The notes under the pieces: generated by a model | The model's database searches: none | What the model was told of the DNA's origin: nothing | The model's input: the letters and a program-made list of their open reading frames with translations, nothing else | Source: an uncultured Victivallales bacterium | GTDB lineage: Bacteria > Verrucomicrobiota > Lentisphaeria > Victivallales > UBA1829 | Length of the DNA stretch: 64,000 bases | Assembly (NCBI GenBank): GCA_944391115.1 | Contig: CALXSJ010000012.1 | Coordinates: 41,630-105,629, forward strand | Direction: 5' to 3' | Made by a program: the position numbers and the translations under genes | Shown here: positions 18,701 through 26,259 of the stretch, piece after piece | Numbering within the stretch: position 1 is the stretch's first letter | Layout: every line of letters starts with the position of its first letter

Positions 18701-19139
18701 GGAGCTTGTCCAGAATGATGAACTGGAGATCGTCCGGAAGCTTTTCGAACCATGCCCGGTAAAACACGATGACATCGTAATCCTCTTCCAGTTTCTTCCG
18801 CAGTTCCTGCTCCTTTTCCGCCGGCGAGGTTCCCGTCATCGTTCCTTCATAGACGTCGGTTCCCGCCAGGTTAGCCCAGTTGAGCATGGTGAAGTTTCTG
18901 AATTCCATCTTCATGCGCTGCGCATTCTCCGCCGCTTCGCGCGCATTCAGGCGTTCCGTGATGAACAGGACGCGCAGTGGCTTTCCCGCAAAGTTTCCGC
19001 CCCATTCCAGATGCGGCGTGACATAGCTCCGCCCGACCTCGTGCAGATACGTGCCGTCCACTTTCGCCGCGAGCGCCGGTGTTCCCGCGGCGCATCCCGC
19101 AAGGCAGAAGAGAGTCAGCATTTTGAGAGTCATTTTCAT
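15735..19139 (-). CDS. large exported putative glycoside hydrolase (GH42/beta-galactosidase-like central region)
   Basis: 1134 aa. Lipoprotein-like signal MKMTLKMLTLFCLAGC. Central SLGDENNY...LNREWKSAFADFS...DPGAKVGSEG resembles the GH42 barrel. A later GATase1-like trimerisation-type segment reads TLFLAGTSVLGDKTAQALIRFVRNGGTLIAD. The family call is tentative. Confidence 0.8.
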   Translation of the reverse strand: MKMTLKMLTLFCLAGCAAGTPALAAKVDGTYLHEVGRSYVTPHLEWGGNFAGKPLRVLFITERLNAREAAENAQRMKMEFRNFTMLNWANLAGTDVYEGTMTGTSPAEKEQELRKKLEEDYDVIVFYRAWFEKLPDDLQFIILDKLRNGTGLVYDCLMPIRYRKVIADRRKNPFAGRFPATLQPNELSAYQFGKGRLLQFKVKPLPEGALRNAAYENRQAFLLQSMIWAAGRDNGCAIASIAEENGGIKVKLAGDDRGAAVKIRIRDGFNHVTAEREARKDGVYTAEIPDLPAGDYYADVFVMKNGETLDFGIGAFKISSRHGGAALRVQNAFIGKNESIRGSLSLGKAPADGAELRLLLADHPYGRVWAEKKIPWTRGARLQEFTWSDRFIPTIAGTLYAELKDAAGKVSERRHCELFFPNRDIPPYFAYGWGLNRSVSGSMQLSETFGLNACLTQFSSGTAREAAFLNQRLIPYMLSIALVRDNKTGGLRFFHNYFLPPELKKKAKEVDGDACFYRPEVREIWRGAIRHRIKNTPPYGIPVYSLGDENNYNVNAGFGPSDAIYFREFLKEKYRTIDALNREWKSAFADFSAVPHPTLEEARKAGNWAAWNDHQEYMEKMYADIHHFCAEEIRRIDPGAKVGSEGSMPGDIELTIRDMEYWGPYRNLLDSEAMRCFGGERLRTVWYGYHNERGAGKYPLLLQDLLSGVINGMGWYEVDEYSTMCILGVDNTPSYPAGFIAELNRMRFGTGELLVKTPLLSSGLALFWSHPSKRAAELDKRMISPVDSLSPLVRFLYRRGINFDMVSERTMERLENGSIRTLFLAGTSVLGDKTAQALIRFVRNGGTLIADMNCALLNSCFSVNRKNPLAELFGDLTLATLKTPEVRRVSVTRKWNGKMLNFRAEKALSNPGAEFCTVRTCGKGRAVLLNFTLPMAEVTAEDATPFDAFLLALLKGAGVSAEYDVSLPDSNGMARIRTGKGFRLIGAHVANRFVAPGSKGRIRLPSPKHIYRCGKGYLGRSAEIVPDFSASPLELFAAFDEKQPPLRFHAPDSAKPGAAVRFDFSSMPGNRIIHLAVSAPDGKAMRNRGMVLDTAEGPKCVFRFALSDPAGKYEFLVTDILTGSMRKHTINLEP

Positions 19140-19155
19140 TGCAGTTGTTTTCCTT

Positions 19156-20181
19156 TCAGTTGAATTCGCCCTGCAGACGTATTTTCCAGTAAAGTTTTTT
19201 CAGTTTTCCGCATTTTTCCTGATACTGGAAGAAACGCGGGAGCCCCTCCAGATCAGGCGGAGCGCATAGCGACTCGAATTCCTTCCGGTCCGCGCTGTTT
19301 TTCCCGTGTTCCGCCAGAGGACGGACTTTTCCGGCTTCTTTTTTCCATTCCTTTTCCGCACGTTTCAGGAAGAGGTCCGCCTTTTCCGTTTTCACTCCGC
19401 TTCCGTCGTTGTACAGAATTCCGTCCCGGATCTGCAGGAGCCAGGGGGCTGGGGTCATCGGATCGAGCACTGCGCCGATCCGTTTCAAATCCATCGGCGT
19501 TTTTCCGTCCGTGAAGCAGATCCGTGTGAACGCAGTGGTGTTCATATAGTTGCCGTTGGGGGAGGAAACCGCGCCGATGAATCCGTTCGGCCAGGCGAAT
19601 CTGGCATGGAGAAAGCCCCATACGTCTCCGGGATGTCCCTGCGCGCCGAGATCGCTCCACGGGAAAAACGCCTCAATGCTCCAGCGGTCCGCCTCCACGG
19701 AAGTTTTCGCCATCCAGCCGATGCCGCTCCATTCGTTCAGCGTCACCGACGCATCGAGCCGCATCATGTCCGCGGTGCAGCCGATGGCATTTACGATAAA
19801 GCGGCGGTATCCGATGCCGTCCCCGGCGGGGTCGAAATAGATTTCCGCGCAGTCGTCCGTCCAGAGATCAGGGGAATCGAACGCCTGGATGAACTTCCGG
19901 ATTTTCGAGCTGTCTCCATGATTTGTCACGCCAAGATAGATACCCTTTTCGTCATATGCCATGCGGAATTCCGTTTTCAGCGGAGAGGGTTTCGGATTTG
20001 TCTTGAAGTATTCGTAATAGGCGGTATGCGCGGGGATGTCGCGCCATCCCGCATCCGTGAGCCGTCCGTCCAGAGTGATCGGGGTTTTCAGCGGGTGCAC
20101 GGCATAGAAGGAGAGTTCCTGCCAGTCGGCGGCGGCCGTCAGGAGCGCGCCTGCGGCAATCGTGGAAATGAAGAGTTTCAT
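19156..20181 (-). CDS. exported CBM9/DOMON-like carbohydrate-binding protein
   Basis: Start at MKLFISTIAAGALLTAAA (signal peptide, complement of 20179-20181). ITLDGRLTDAGWRDIPAHTAYYEYF...DDCAEIYFDP is typical of CBM9-like domains. Confidence 0.75.
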   Translation of the reverse strand: MKLFISTIAAGALLTAAADWQELSFYAVHPLKTPITLDGRLTDAGWRDIPAHTAYYEYFKTNPKPSPLKTEFRMAYDEKGIYLGVTNHGDSSKIRKFIQAFDSPDLWTDDCAEIYFDPAGDGIGYRRFIVNAIGCTADMMRLDASVTLNEWSGIGWMAKTSVEADRWSIEAFFPWSDLGAQGHPGDVWGFLHARFAWPNGFIGAVSSPNGNYMNTTAFTRICFTDGKTPMDLKRIGAVLDPMTPAPWLLQIRDGILYNDGSGVKTEKADLFLKRAEKEWKKEAGKVRPLAEHGKNSADRKEFESLCAPPDLEGLPRFFQYQEKCGKLKKLYWKIRLQGEFN

Positions 20182-20201
20182 GCGGGTCCTTGTTTTCCGG
20201 G

Positions 20202-20942
20202 TTACAGGTTGGGGAATTTGCAGTAGCTTTCGTATCCGGCTTTGAGTTCGCCGTTGACGAAATAATTGAAGATCAGAAACATGGTTGCCATTCCCGGGTA
20301 GGAATAAATGCACGGAACATCCCTGGACTTCCGGTTTTCCGCATGACCGTCCCAGAAAGAGACATTGACCGTTCCGGAATGCCGCCAGAATGCCGCCGCA
20401 TCGCCTCCGTTCAGACTCGATGGAGTCCATATGGAGAAATTCTTCACATCCAGAAGCAGGCTGGTGCGCGACGGACGGGGCAGGGAGCCGAGGCGGTGTG
20501 CGGAGACGGCTGTCCAGCTGCTTCCTCCGCCCTCGACCGCATACTGATTCACTCCGTAGCTGGTCGCGTTCGTTCCGAGCGAAGGATCCTCAGGCGCATT
20601 CGGGCGCAGTTCCTCCGGGGTCGTGTTCGGACACGTGAAGATGCTCGGCCCCCGGTAGTGCGAGTCCAGATACATGCGCTCCTTGGGAATCTTGTAAAGC
20701 TCCGCAAGCAGATCCTGGTACATCATCATGTTTCCCATGTTTTTGGGGGAGGGCAGATAGCTGTTGTAGTCGTTGCCGTAGAGCAGAAAATAGTGCGTGA
20801 GCTGCCGGACGTTTCCGAGACATTTGATCTTCTTTGCGGTTTCCCGCGCCTTGCCGAGGGCGGGAAGAAGCATCCCCGCAAGCACCGCGATAATCGCAAT
20901 TACAACAAGAAGTTCTATCAGCGTGAATGATTTTCTTGCCAT
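20202..20942 (-). CDS. prepilin-type N-terminal domain / H-X9-DG pseudopilin-like protein
   Basis: [48 protein letters not shown] and C-terminal [13 protein letters not shown] (H-X9-DG). 13-nt gap to the upstream regulator gene. Confidence 0.9.
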   Translation of the reverse strand: MARKSFTLIELLVVIAIIAVLAGMLLPALGKARETAKKIKCLGNVRQLTHYFLLYGNDYNSYLPSPKNMGNMMMYQDLLAELYKIPKERMYLDSHYRGPSIFTCPNTTPEELRPNAPEDPSLGTNATSYGVNQYAVEGGGSSWTAVSAHRLGSLPRPSRTSLLLDVKNFSIWTPSSLNGGDAAAFWRHSGTVNVSFWDGHAENRKSRDVPCIYSYPGMATMFLIFNYFVNGELKAGYESYCKFPNL

Positions 20943-20955
20943 TTTTTCTCCCGTG

Positions 20956-22059
20956 TCATGTCTGACGTTTGATTAAATAAGGTTTCAGGATGATTTCTTC
21001 ATTTTCCGCATGATTGAGGATGCATTCCGCCGCGGCCTTTCCGATCTCATGTTCGCGGATGCAGATGGAGGTCAGTTCCGGATAGAGGATGGTTCCCCAT
21101 CCGGTATTGTAGAGCCCGATCAGGTTCAGTTCCCTGCCGATCGGCACGTTGCAGCGGTGCGCGGTTCTGTAAACGGAGGGAAGATACGAGTCGCCCGGAG
21201 CGAAAATTCCGCCGCGGCCTTTTCTGCAGAACTCCTCCAGCTGATTGTGGAATTCCGTCGGGCTGTCATGATAAAGAGGGGAGTGCAGAATTTCCAGAGT
21301 CCCGGGATCGATGCCCGCATCTGCGAGAACTTCGGAAAAGCCCTCGAGCATCCGGTTGACTCCGATGTCCAGCCCTCCGTTGCTGGCGAGTTCGGCGGGA
21401 TTGAGGGGGCCGGGGATGATCGCCCCCAGACGCCGCTGCCCGCAGGAGAGAAGGTGGCGCGCGGCGATTCTTCCCGTTTCCCGGTAGTCGAATGTGATCA
21501 GATTGGAGCCGGGAAAATCCAGATCCGTCTCCCGGAAAACCAGAAAATTCAGCTGCCGGATTTTGCGCAGGAGCCGGTGCAGGGCCCGGAAGCGGTTGTG
21601 GCGGCTTCCGTATATGACAAGGGATTCAAAATCGTTTTCCACAAAGCTCCGGATCCGTTTGTCCCGCTCCATGAAGGTCATGGGTTCGAGGGAGCAGAGG
21701 CTGACAAAATAGCGTCCGCAGGGTTCCAGGACCGTGGCCATGCTGCTGCGCAGATTGGAGAAGAGATCGTCTCCTTCGCCGAGGATGAGTCCCACCTGAT
21801 GATGTCTCTTCCCTTCGGCTTTTCCGGTGTCGTCGTCCGTATCCTGATTTTCGATGAAGACGCCTTTGCCCGGATGCCGCCTGAGCCAGCCCTGCGTTTC
21901 CAGTTCCCGGATCGCGTTGGCAAGCGTCACCTGCGTGGTGTGGAAATCCGCCGCGAGGCGCCGATAGGTCGGGAGACGGCTGCCCGGAGGAAATTCCCCG
22001 GACTGGATTTTTTTCAGGATGCTTTCACTGATCCGCAGATATTTTTTTTCTTCTTCCAT
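20956..22059 (-). CDS. GntR-family HTH regulator with LacI-type sugar-binding domain (AraR-like)
   Basis: N-terminal winged HTH ([43 protein letters not shown]), then a periplasmic-binding-protein-like fold ([27 protein letters not shown]). Confidence 0.85.
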   Translation of the reverse strand: MEEEKKYLRISESILKKIQSGEFPPGSRLPTYRRLAADFHTTQVTLANAIRELETQGWLRRHPGKGVFIENQDTDDDTGKAEGKRHHQVGLILGEGDDLFSNLRSSMATVLEPCGRYFVSLCSLEPMTFMERDKRIRSFVENDFESLVIYGSRHNRFRALHRLLRKIRQLNFLVFRETDLDFPGSNLITFDYRETGRIAARHLLSCGQRRLGAIIPGPLNPAELASNGGLDIGVNRMLEGFSEVLADAGIDPGTLEILHSPLYHDSPTEFHNQLEEFCRKGRGGIFAPGDSYLPSVYRTAHRCNVPIGRELNLIGLYNTGWGTILYPELTSICIREHEIGKAAAECILNHAENEEIILKPYLIKRQT

Positions 22060-22077
22060 GACGCGCTCTTGATAAAT

Positions 22078-22089
22078 TGCTATATAGCA
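22078..22089. promoter_or_regulatory. perfect 12-bp palindrome TGCTATATAGCA (candidate operator)
   Basis: It lies between the predicted -10 (22101-22106) and the regulator ATG (22059). A third ATAGCA half-site lies 3 nt away (minus-strand reading: ATAGCA-aac-TGCTATATAGCA). Confidence 0.5.
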
Positions 22090-22100
22090 GTTTGCTATTA

Positions 22101-22128
22101 ATTATACTTGAAAAAAAGAGATTGTCAA
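22101..22128 (-). promoter_or_regulatory. consensus sigma70 promoter of the cassette-2 regulator/operon
   Basis: The minus strand reads TTGACA (22128-22123), 16 nt, TATAAT (22106-22101). An A8-TA-T7 tract lies just upstream at 22140-22156. Confidence 0.6.
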
Positions 22129-22208
22129 TAGCGGAAAAGAAAAAAAATATTTTTTTACGGATTTTCGGCAGGCAGGGAAAGAGGCGGATGGCGCAAGAGA
22201 GAACGAAT

Positions 22209-22247
22209 GCCGGTTGTCGCAGGAGAATTTCCGCAACCGGCTTTTTT
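22209..22247. terminator. hairpin + T6, terminator-like element between cassettes 3 and 2
   Basis: gccggttg...caaccggc stem followed by tttttt on the plus strand. On the minus strand the hairpin is followed by a moderately T-rich stretch. It lies 135 nt downstream of the stop at 22383. Confidence 0.4.
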
Positions 22248-22382
22248 GCGGGAAGATGCCATGGGGGGAGTCCGGAAAAGCAGACTCCACCCGGTAGCTG
22301 CAGCAAAAGCATCACGGGAGGGATGCTGCCTGGCGCTCCCGGGAATCCAGGAGGTGGCGGGAGATCACTTCAAATGCGCTTT

Positions 22383-25013
22383 TCAGTCCCGGATGGCTTT
22401 CCGGCAGTTTTGCAGAACATTTTCATATTCCGGTGTTTCTGCAAGGACAAAAACAGGGGTCGGGCCCAGTGAAAACGCACGTTCTGTTTTTTTGCGCAGG
22501 TCGTTTCCCATTACGTCACAGACCAGATAGGAAGAGGGGAGGCGCGAAAGGTCGAATTTCCGGCGCCCTTCCGTCGCTGCGTCGTCGTGTATGGTGAATG
22601 CGGTTCTCCCCTTGCCGGAGAAAAGAGCCTGCACCACTCCTTTTTCCGGAGGGAAGGGGCGTGGATCGAGTCCGTCAATGAACCATGCCGTCACTGCGGT
22701 TGCCGCGGCGGAGACCGTGGGGGTCCGGTCGTATTCGATCAGCATTTTATAACCTCCGCGGTATGACATGGTGTCCGTCTGGTGAAGCGTGTAATAGAAA
22801 AATTTCCCGATACCGGCCTTTTTCTGTTCAATCCAGATGCGCGATCCGGCGGCAGCCGCTTCGCTGTGTTCCTCCCGGCGGGAACGGAAACTGTAGAAGA
22901 GCGAACGGAAGCCGCCCCAGGATCCTTCCGTGTTCCAGTATTCTCCCGGGTCGCGCAATGTCAGGATTTTTTTTCGAAATTCCTCCAGATCGTTTTTGAC
23001 GGACAGTGTTCCATCGCCGGGTGGGTGCTGGAAATAAACATGGAAGGATACGGCATCGATTCCGCTGATTTCCGACTTGGGAAGCTTTGCGATGAATCCT
23101 GCTGTCGTCAGTTCCGAGCACCATCCGAGGACCTTTGCGTTCGGATTGCCTTCCTTCAGGGCTTTGAACGCCGCCTGGAAGAGTTCCGCGAACTGCTGCG
23201 CGTCACCCGGATAGAAATAACTGATGTAAGGTTCGTTCCAGATCTCCCATGTGTCAATCCGTCCCCGGTAATGCTCCGCTGCCTTCCTGCACCAGTCGGC
23301 ATAGATTTTCACATGGATCGGATTGCCTTTCCCCCCGCCGCTGCGCCTGGCATGGGGCGCCGGATAATCAGGCAGTCCGAGGATGTGAAATCCCGCTTTC
23401 AGGATGGCATCCACGGCCTCATCCTTCCATTGATATTTTCCCGGCTCAGGATTGCCCCATTTCATTTTGGTGATATTGGAACAGTCATGCAGGCGCTGCC
23501 ACCGGAATCCGAGGCGTTTTGCGTAATCTATAAAATAAGGACGCACCGCGAAATGGGTCCCGAAAAAACTTTCCGCACCGATATCATTCCGCGGCTCAGG
23601 AAGCCGTGCCGCGACATTTTCATGCATGGCGGCAGCAGCGGGATCCTCCGGAATCAGCATCAGGCGCATGATTCCGTTGACGCCGGGTTCAAGTTCTTTT
23701 TTCAATGTCTTTCCTGGTGTCAACACGACCTTTTCCTCCAGAACGGTCCGTTCCGGATATGCGACAACTTTCAATGTTGCCGGAATTTCCTTTGCCAGTC
23801 CGCCTTTGATCGCAGGCCAGGCCGAGAGAAGAAGCTGCAGCTTTTTCCCCCAAGGCACGATGTTCGGCAGTCCGTCCTCGAGCGCCGCCTCGATTTCGTA
23901 AGGGTGCGACGGTTTGTATTCCGAGGCTTTTGAACCCGCTTCAAATTGAATGCCGTCCACAAAGACTTCCGCAGGGCCGCTCTTCTGAAATTCGATCCGG
24001 ACACTGTCTATGAGATCGGGGACAACGCCCGAGGTTATGGAATAACGTTTCCAATCTTTCCCCGGCCGGATCAGCCGTGTTGCCTTTAGGTGCTTGCCAT
24101 TGACTTTTTGACTTTGGAATCCGCACCAGAGCGCGGCATTTCCCCGGCTCTTCATCCAGAATGAGAGGGTGTAGGGGGATCCGGAGGCGACGGGAATGTC
24201 CAGACTCTGCACATTCATCGCAAGCCCCCGGCCTCCTGTTTTCACCGGATCAAGGACGAAACAGTGTTTCCCGAATTTTCCTTCTTTGTCCGTCCGTCGG
24301 AACCCGGGATCTTCCCATTGCAGATCCGGATTGTTGCCCGTGAGCGAAACGGACCAGAAGGGATTCCTGGCGATTTCACAGGAGGAGTTCGGAATCAGAT
24401 TGCCCCGCACCAGCGGGTTTGCGTTTCTGCGGACAACGGCTTTTTCCGGATTTTCCTGAAACTCTTCCACGCGGATGTCGTCGATCATGATCCTGCCCAT
24501 TCCCGCACTGGAAAACATGACCCCGAAATCACGATCAATGTCCGTTCCTCCGGGTCCTGAAAAGGAATATTCCCTCCATTCGTTCGAGGGACGGAAGCGG
24601 ATGCCGCGAATGAGAACTTTCCAGGCGACAATTCTGCGGACCTTGGCCTCCACTGTTCCGCTGAAATCAATTCCTTTTGCCCGGAAGGAGATCTTATAGA
24701 AACGGTTGCGCGCCATGGTCCAGGGTGCGGTCCAGAACTGCATTTCCCCCTGACTGATCCCTTTGATATGGATCTGCAGTCCAGTGCCGCGGTAACCCTG
24801 GCAGGGCCGTATTTCGATTTCTTTTTTCCCCCATGTGTAATTGTTGGTGAAATCCGCCGGATAGGTATCCATTCCCCGGTGGGTTTTCCAGTTGCGGCAG
24901 TTTTCAAAGTCCCACACGCGGACAGTCTGACCTTCCAGAGATACGGTTTCCGCTTTTCCTGTCAGAGCGGAAAGCATTGCCGGAATCAGAAAGGCGGACA
25001 GAATGTTTTTCAT
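22383..25013 (-). CDS. exported multi-domain glycoside hydrolase (CBM-like N-terminal domains + clan GH-A TIM barrel)
   Basis: 876 aa. Signal peptide MKNILSAFLIPAMLSALTGKA. The WEIWNEP motif is the GH-A acid/base NEP. N-terminal beta-sandwich regions resemble CBM4_9-type modules. Confidence 0.85.
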   Translation of the reverse strand: MKNILSAFLIPAMLSALTGKAETVSLEGQTVRVWDFENCRNWKTHRGMDTYPADFTNNYTWGKKEIEIRPCQGYRGTGLQIHIKGISQGEMQFWTAPWTMARNRFYKISFRAKGIDFSGTVEAKVRRIVAWKVLIRGIRFRPSNEWREYSFSGPGGTDIDRDFGVMFSSAGMGRIMIDDIRVEEFQENPEKAVVRRNANPLVRGNLIPNSSCEIARNPFWSVSLTGNNPDLQWEDPGFRRTDKEGKFGKHCFVLDPVKTGGRGLAMNVQSLDIPVASGSPYTLSFWMKSRGNAALWCGFQSQKVNGKHLKATRLIRPGKDWKRYSITSGVVPDLIDSVRIEFQKSGPAEVFVDGIQFEAGSKASEYKPSHPYEIEAALEDGLPNIVPWGKKLQLLLSAWPAIKGGLAKEIPATLKVVAYPERTVLEEKVVLTPGKTLKKELEPGVNGIMRLMLIPEDPAAAAMHENVAARLPEPRNDIGAESFFGTHFAVRPYFIDYAKRLGFRWQRLHDCSNITKMKWGNPEPGKYQWKDEAVDAILKAGFHILGLPDYPAPHARRSGGGKGNPIHVKIYADWCRKAAEHYRGRIDTWEIWNEPYISYFYPGDAQQFAELFQAAFKALKEGNPNAKVLGWCSELTTAGFIAKLPKSEISGIDAVSFHVYFQHPPGDGTLSVKNDLEEFRKKILTLRDPGEYWNTEGSWGGFRSLFYSFRSRREEHSEAAAAGSRIWIEQKKAGIGKFFYYTLHQTDTMSYRGGYKMLIEYDRTPTVSAAATAVTAWFIDGLDPRPFPPEKGVVQALFSGKGRTAFTIHDDAATEGRRKFDLSRLPSSYLVCDVMGNDLRKKTERAFSLGPTPVFVLAETPEYENVLQNCRKAIRD

Positions 25014-25028
25014 AAAGGTCTCCCAGTT

Positions 25029-25469
25029 TCATTGTTCGTAAATTTCAATTTCGTAAATCCCGTAACTCTGCCATTTCGTTCCCGGTTTTTCCAGACGGAT
25101 CCTGATGAAGCGCGTTTCTACCGTGGAAAATCCGAATGCGTCGATTCCGCCTGCTCCGTTATCGGTTTTCGCGACTTCCCGGAACGTTTTCCTGTCTTTG
25201 GATACTTGTATGGAAAAGTGTTCCGCAAAACATGTCTGCCAGTAAATGATGACACAGCCCACGTTGCGGATTTCTCCCAGATCCACCATGATCCACTGCC
25301 GTTCCCTCTGTCGTGAGGACCAGTGAGTCCGGATGTCTCCATCAATGCTTTTCGAGGCATTTTTCAGATTTTCACTTGCCGTGGCGTATCCATTCCGCGC
25401 CAGGTTGTCCTCCATGGCAAGGACCATGGAAATACTGAAGAATAATACCGGTATCATAAGATATCTCAT
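25029..25469 (-). CDS. exported F5/8 type C (discoidin) domain protein
   Basis: Start at MRYLMIPVLFFSISMVLA (complement of 25467-25469). SIDGDIRTHWSS...QWIMVDLGEIRNVGCVIIYWQ...FSIQVSKDRKTF...YGIYEIEIYE is a classic discoidin pattern. Confidence 0.8.
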   Translation of the reverse strand: MRYLMIPVLFFSISMVLAMEDNLARNGYATASENLKNASKSIDGDIRTHWSSRQRERQWIMVDLGEIRNVGCVIIYWQTCFAEHFSIQVSKDRKTFREVAKTDNGAGGIDAFGFSTVETRFIRIRLEKPGTKWQSYGIYEIEIYEQ

Positions 25470-25491
25470 CGCATTTCTCCTTTCCGAATAT

Positions 25492-26157
25492 TCAGAATCC
25501 GATATTCCTGCACTTTGCGGCGATGCCGGCGGAAGCCAGCGCTTCGACATGCATATCCAGAAACAGAAAGTTTGTTTTCCCCTGATGATTGTATCCGAAA
25601 AGCTCCCGTCGCTTTGTTTCCGTGCTTTTTACTGTTCCGTTAAACTCCTGAATCCAGGAGGAACCGGAGCCGCCGTCGGCGCGGAGAAAATTGTTGGTCG
25701 GATGCGTGATTTTCGCATATAGAAAGACGGTGTGACGCATATAGGGGTCCGGGATTTCCGCGCTGGATTTCCCCGTTTCCCTGCTGGAAAGAAGCGGTGA
25801 GATGCCATACCATCCGGAATTTTTGTATCCGGTACTGTCTTTCGTTCGAGCGCTTTCCTGCGGACAGGCGAAAATTCCCGTCCTTTTGTTTCTTGCTTTT
25901 TGCATTGTCACGACATCCGGATAACCTGCATAAGAGAAAACATGGTTGTAAAAATACTGTCCGGTGAACAGCCAGCCTCTCGAATCATCAGTGTAACAGA
26001 GAAAACAATAGCCCTGTTGCCTCAGGTTGTTGACGCATTGAATGGATCGTCCCCTCCGACGGACCTGATTCAAGGCGGGAAGCAGAATGGAGACGAGAAG
26101 AGCAATGACACCAATAACAATTAAAAGCTCTAAAAGTGTGAATTGTTTTCTCTGCAT
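25492..26157 (-). CDS. prepilin-type N-terminal domain / H-X9-DG-like pseudopilin-like protein
   Basis: MQRKQFTLLELLIVIGVIALLVSILLPALNQVRRRGRSIQCVNNLRQ. The C-terminal HQGKTNFLFLDMH is an H-X9-DM variant. Confidence 0.85.
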   Translation of the reverse strand: MQRKQFTLLELLIVIGVIALLVSILLPALNQVRRRGRSIQCVNNLRQQGYCFLCYTDDSRGWLFTGQYFYNHVFSYAGYPDVVTMQKARNKRTGIFACPQESARTKDSTGYKNSGWYGISPLLSSRETGKSSAEIPDPYMRHTVFLYAKITHPTNNFLRADGGSGSSWIQEFNGTVKSTETKRRELFGYNHQGKTNFLFLDMHVEALASAGIAAKCRNIGF

Positions 26158-26259
26158 ATTCCTGTCCTCCCTGTTTTGTTGAAAATGCTCGTTTCCTGCC
26201 CGGATTTCTCCCTTGCGGAGAAAGATGATCCTCGAATCCGCGGCATGGCTCTTCCTGTT

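Noticed and set aside
17259-19163. 634-aa plus-strand ORF
   Set aside because: It is antisense to the 1134-aa exported GH42-like gene. It has low-complexity Arg/Val/Gly composition and no motifs.
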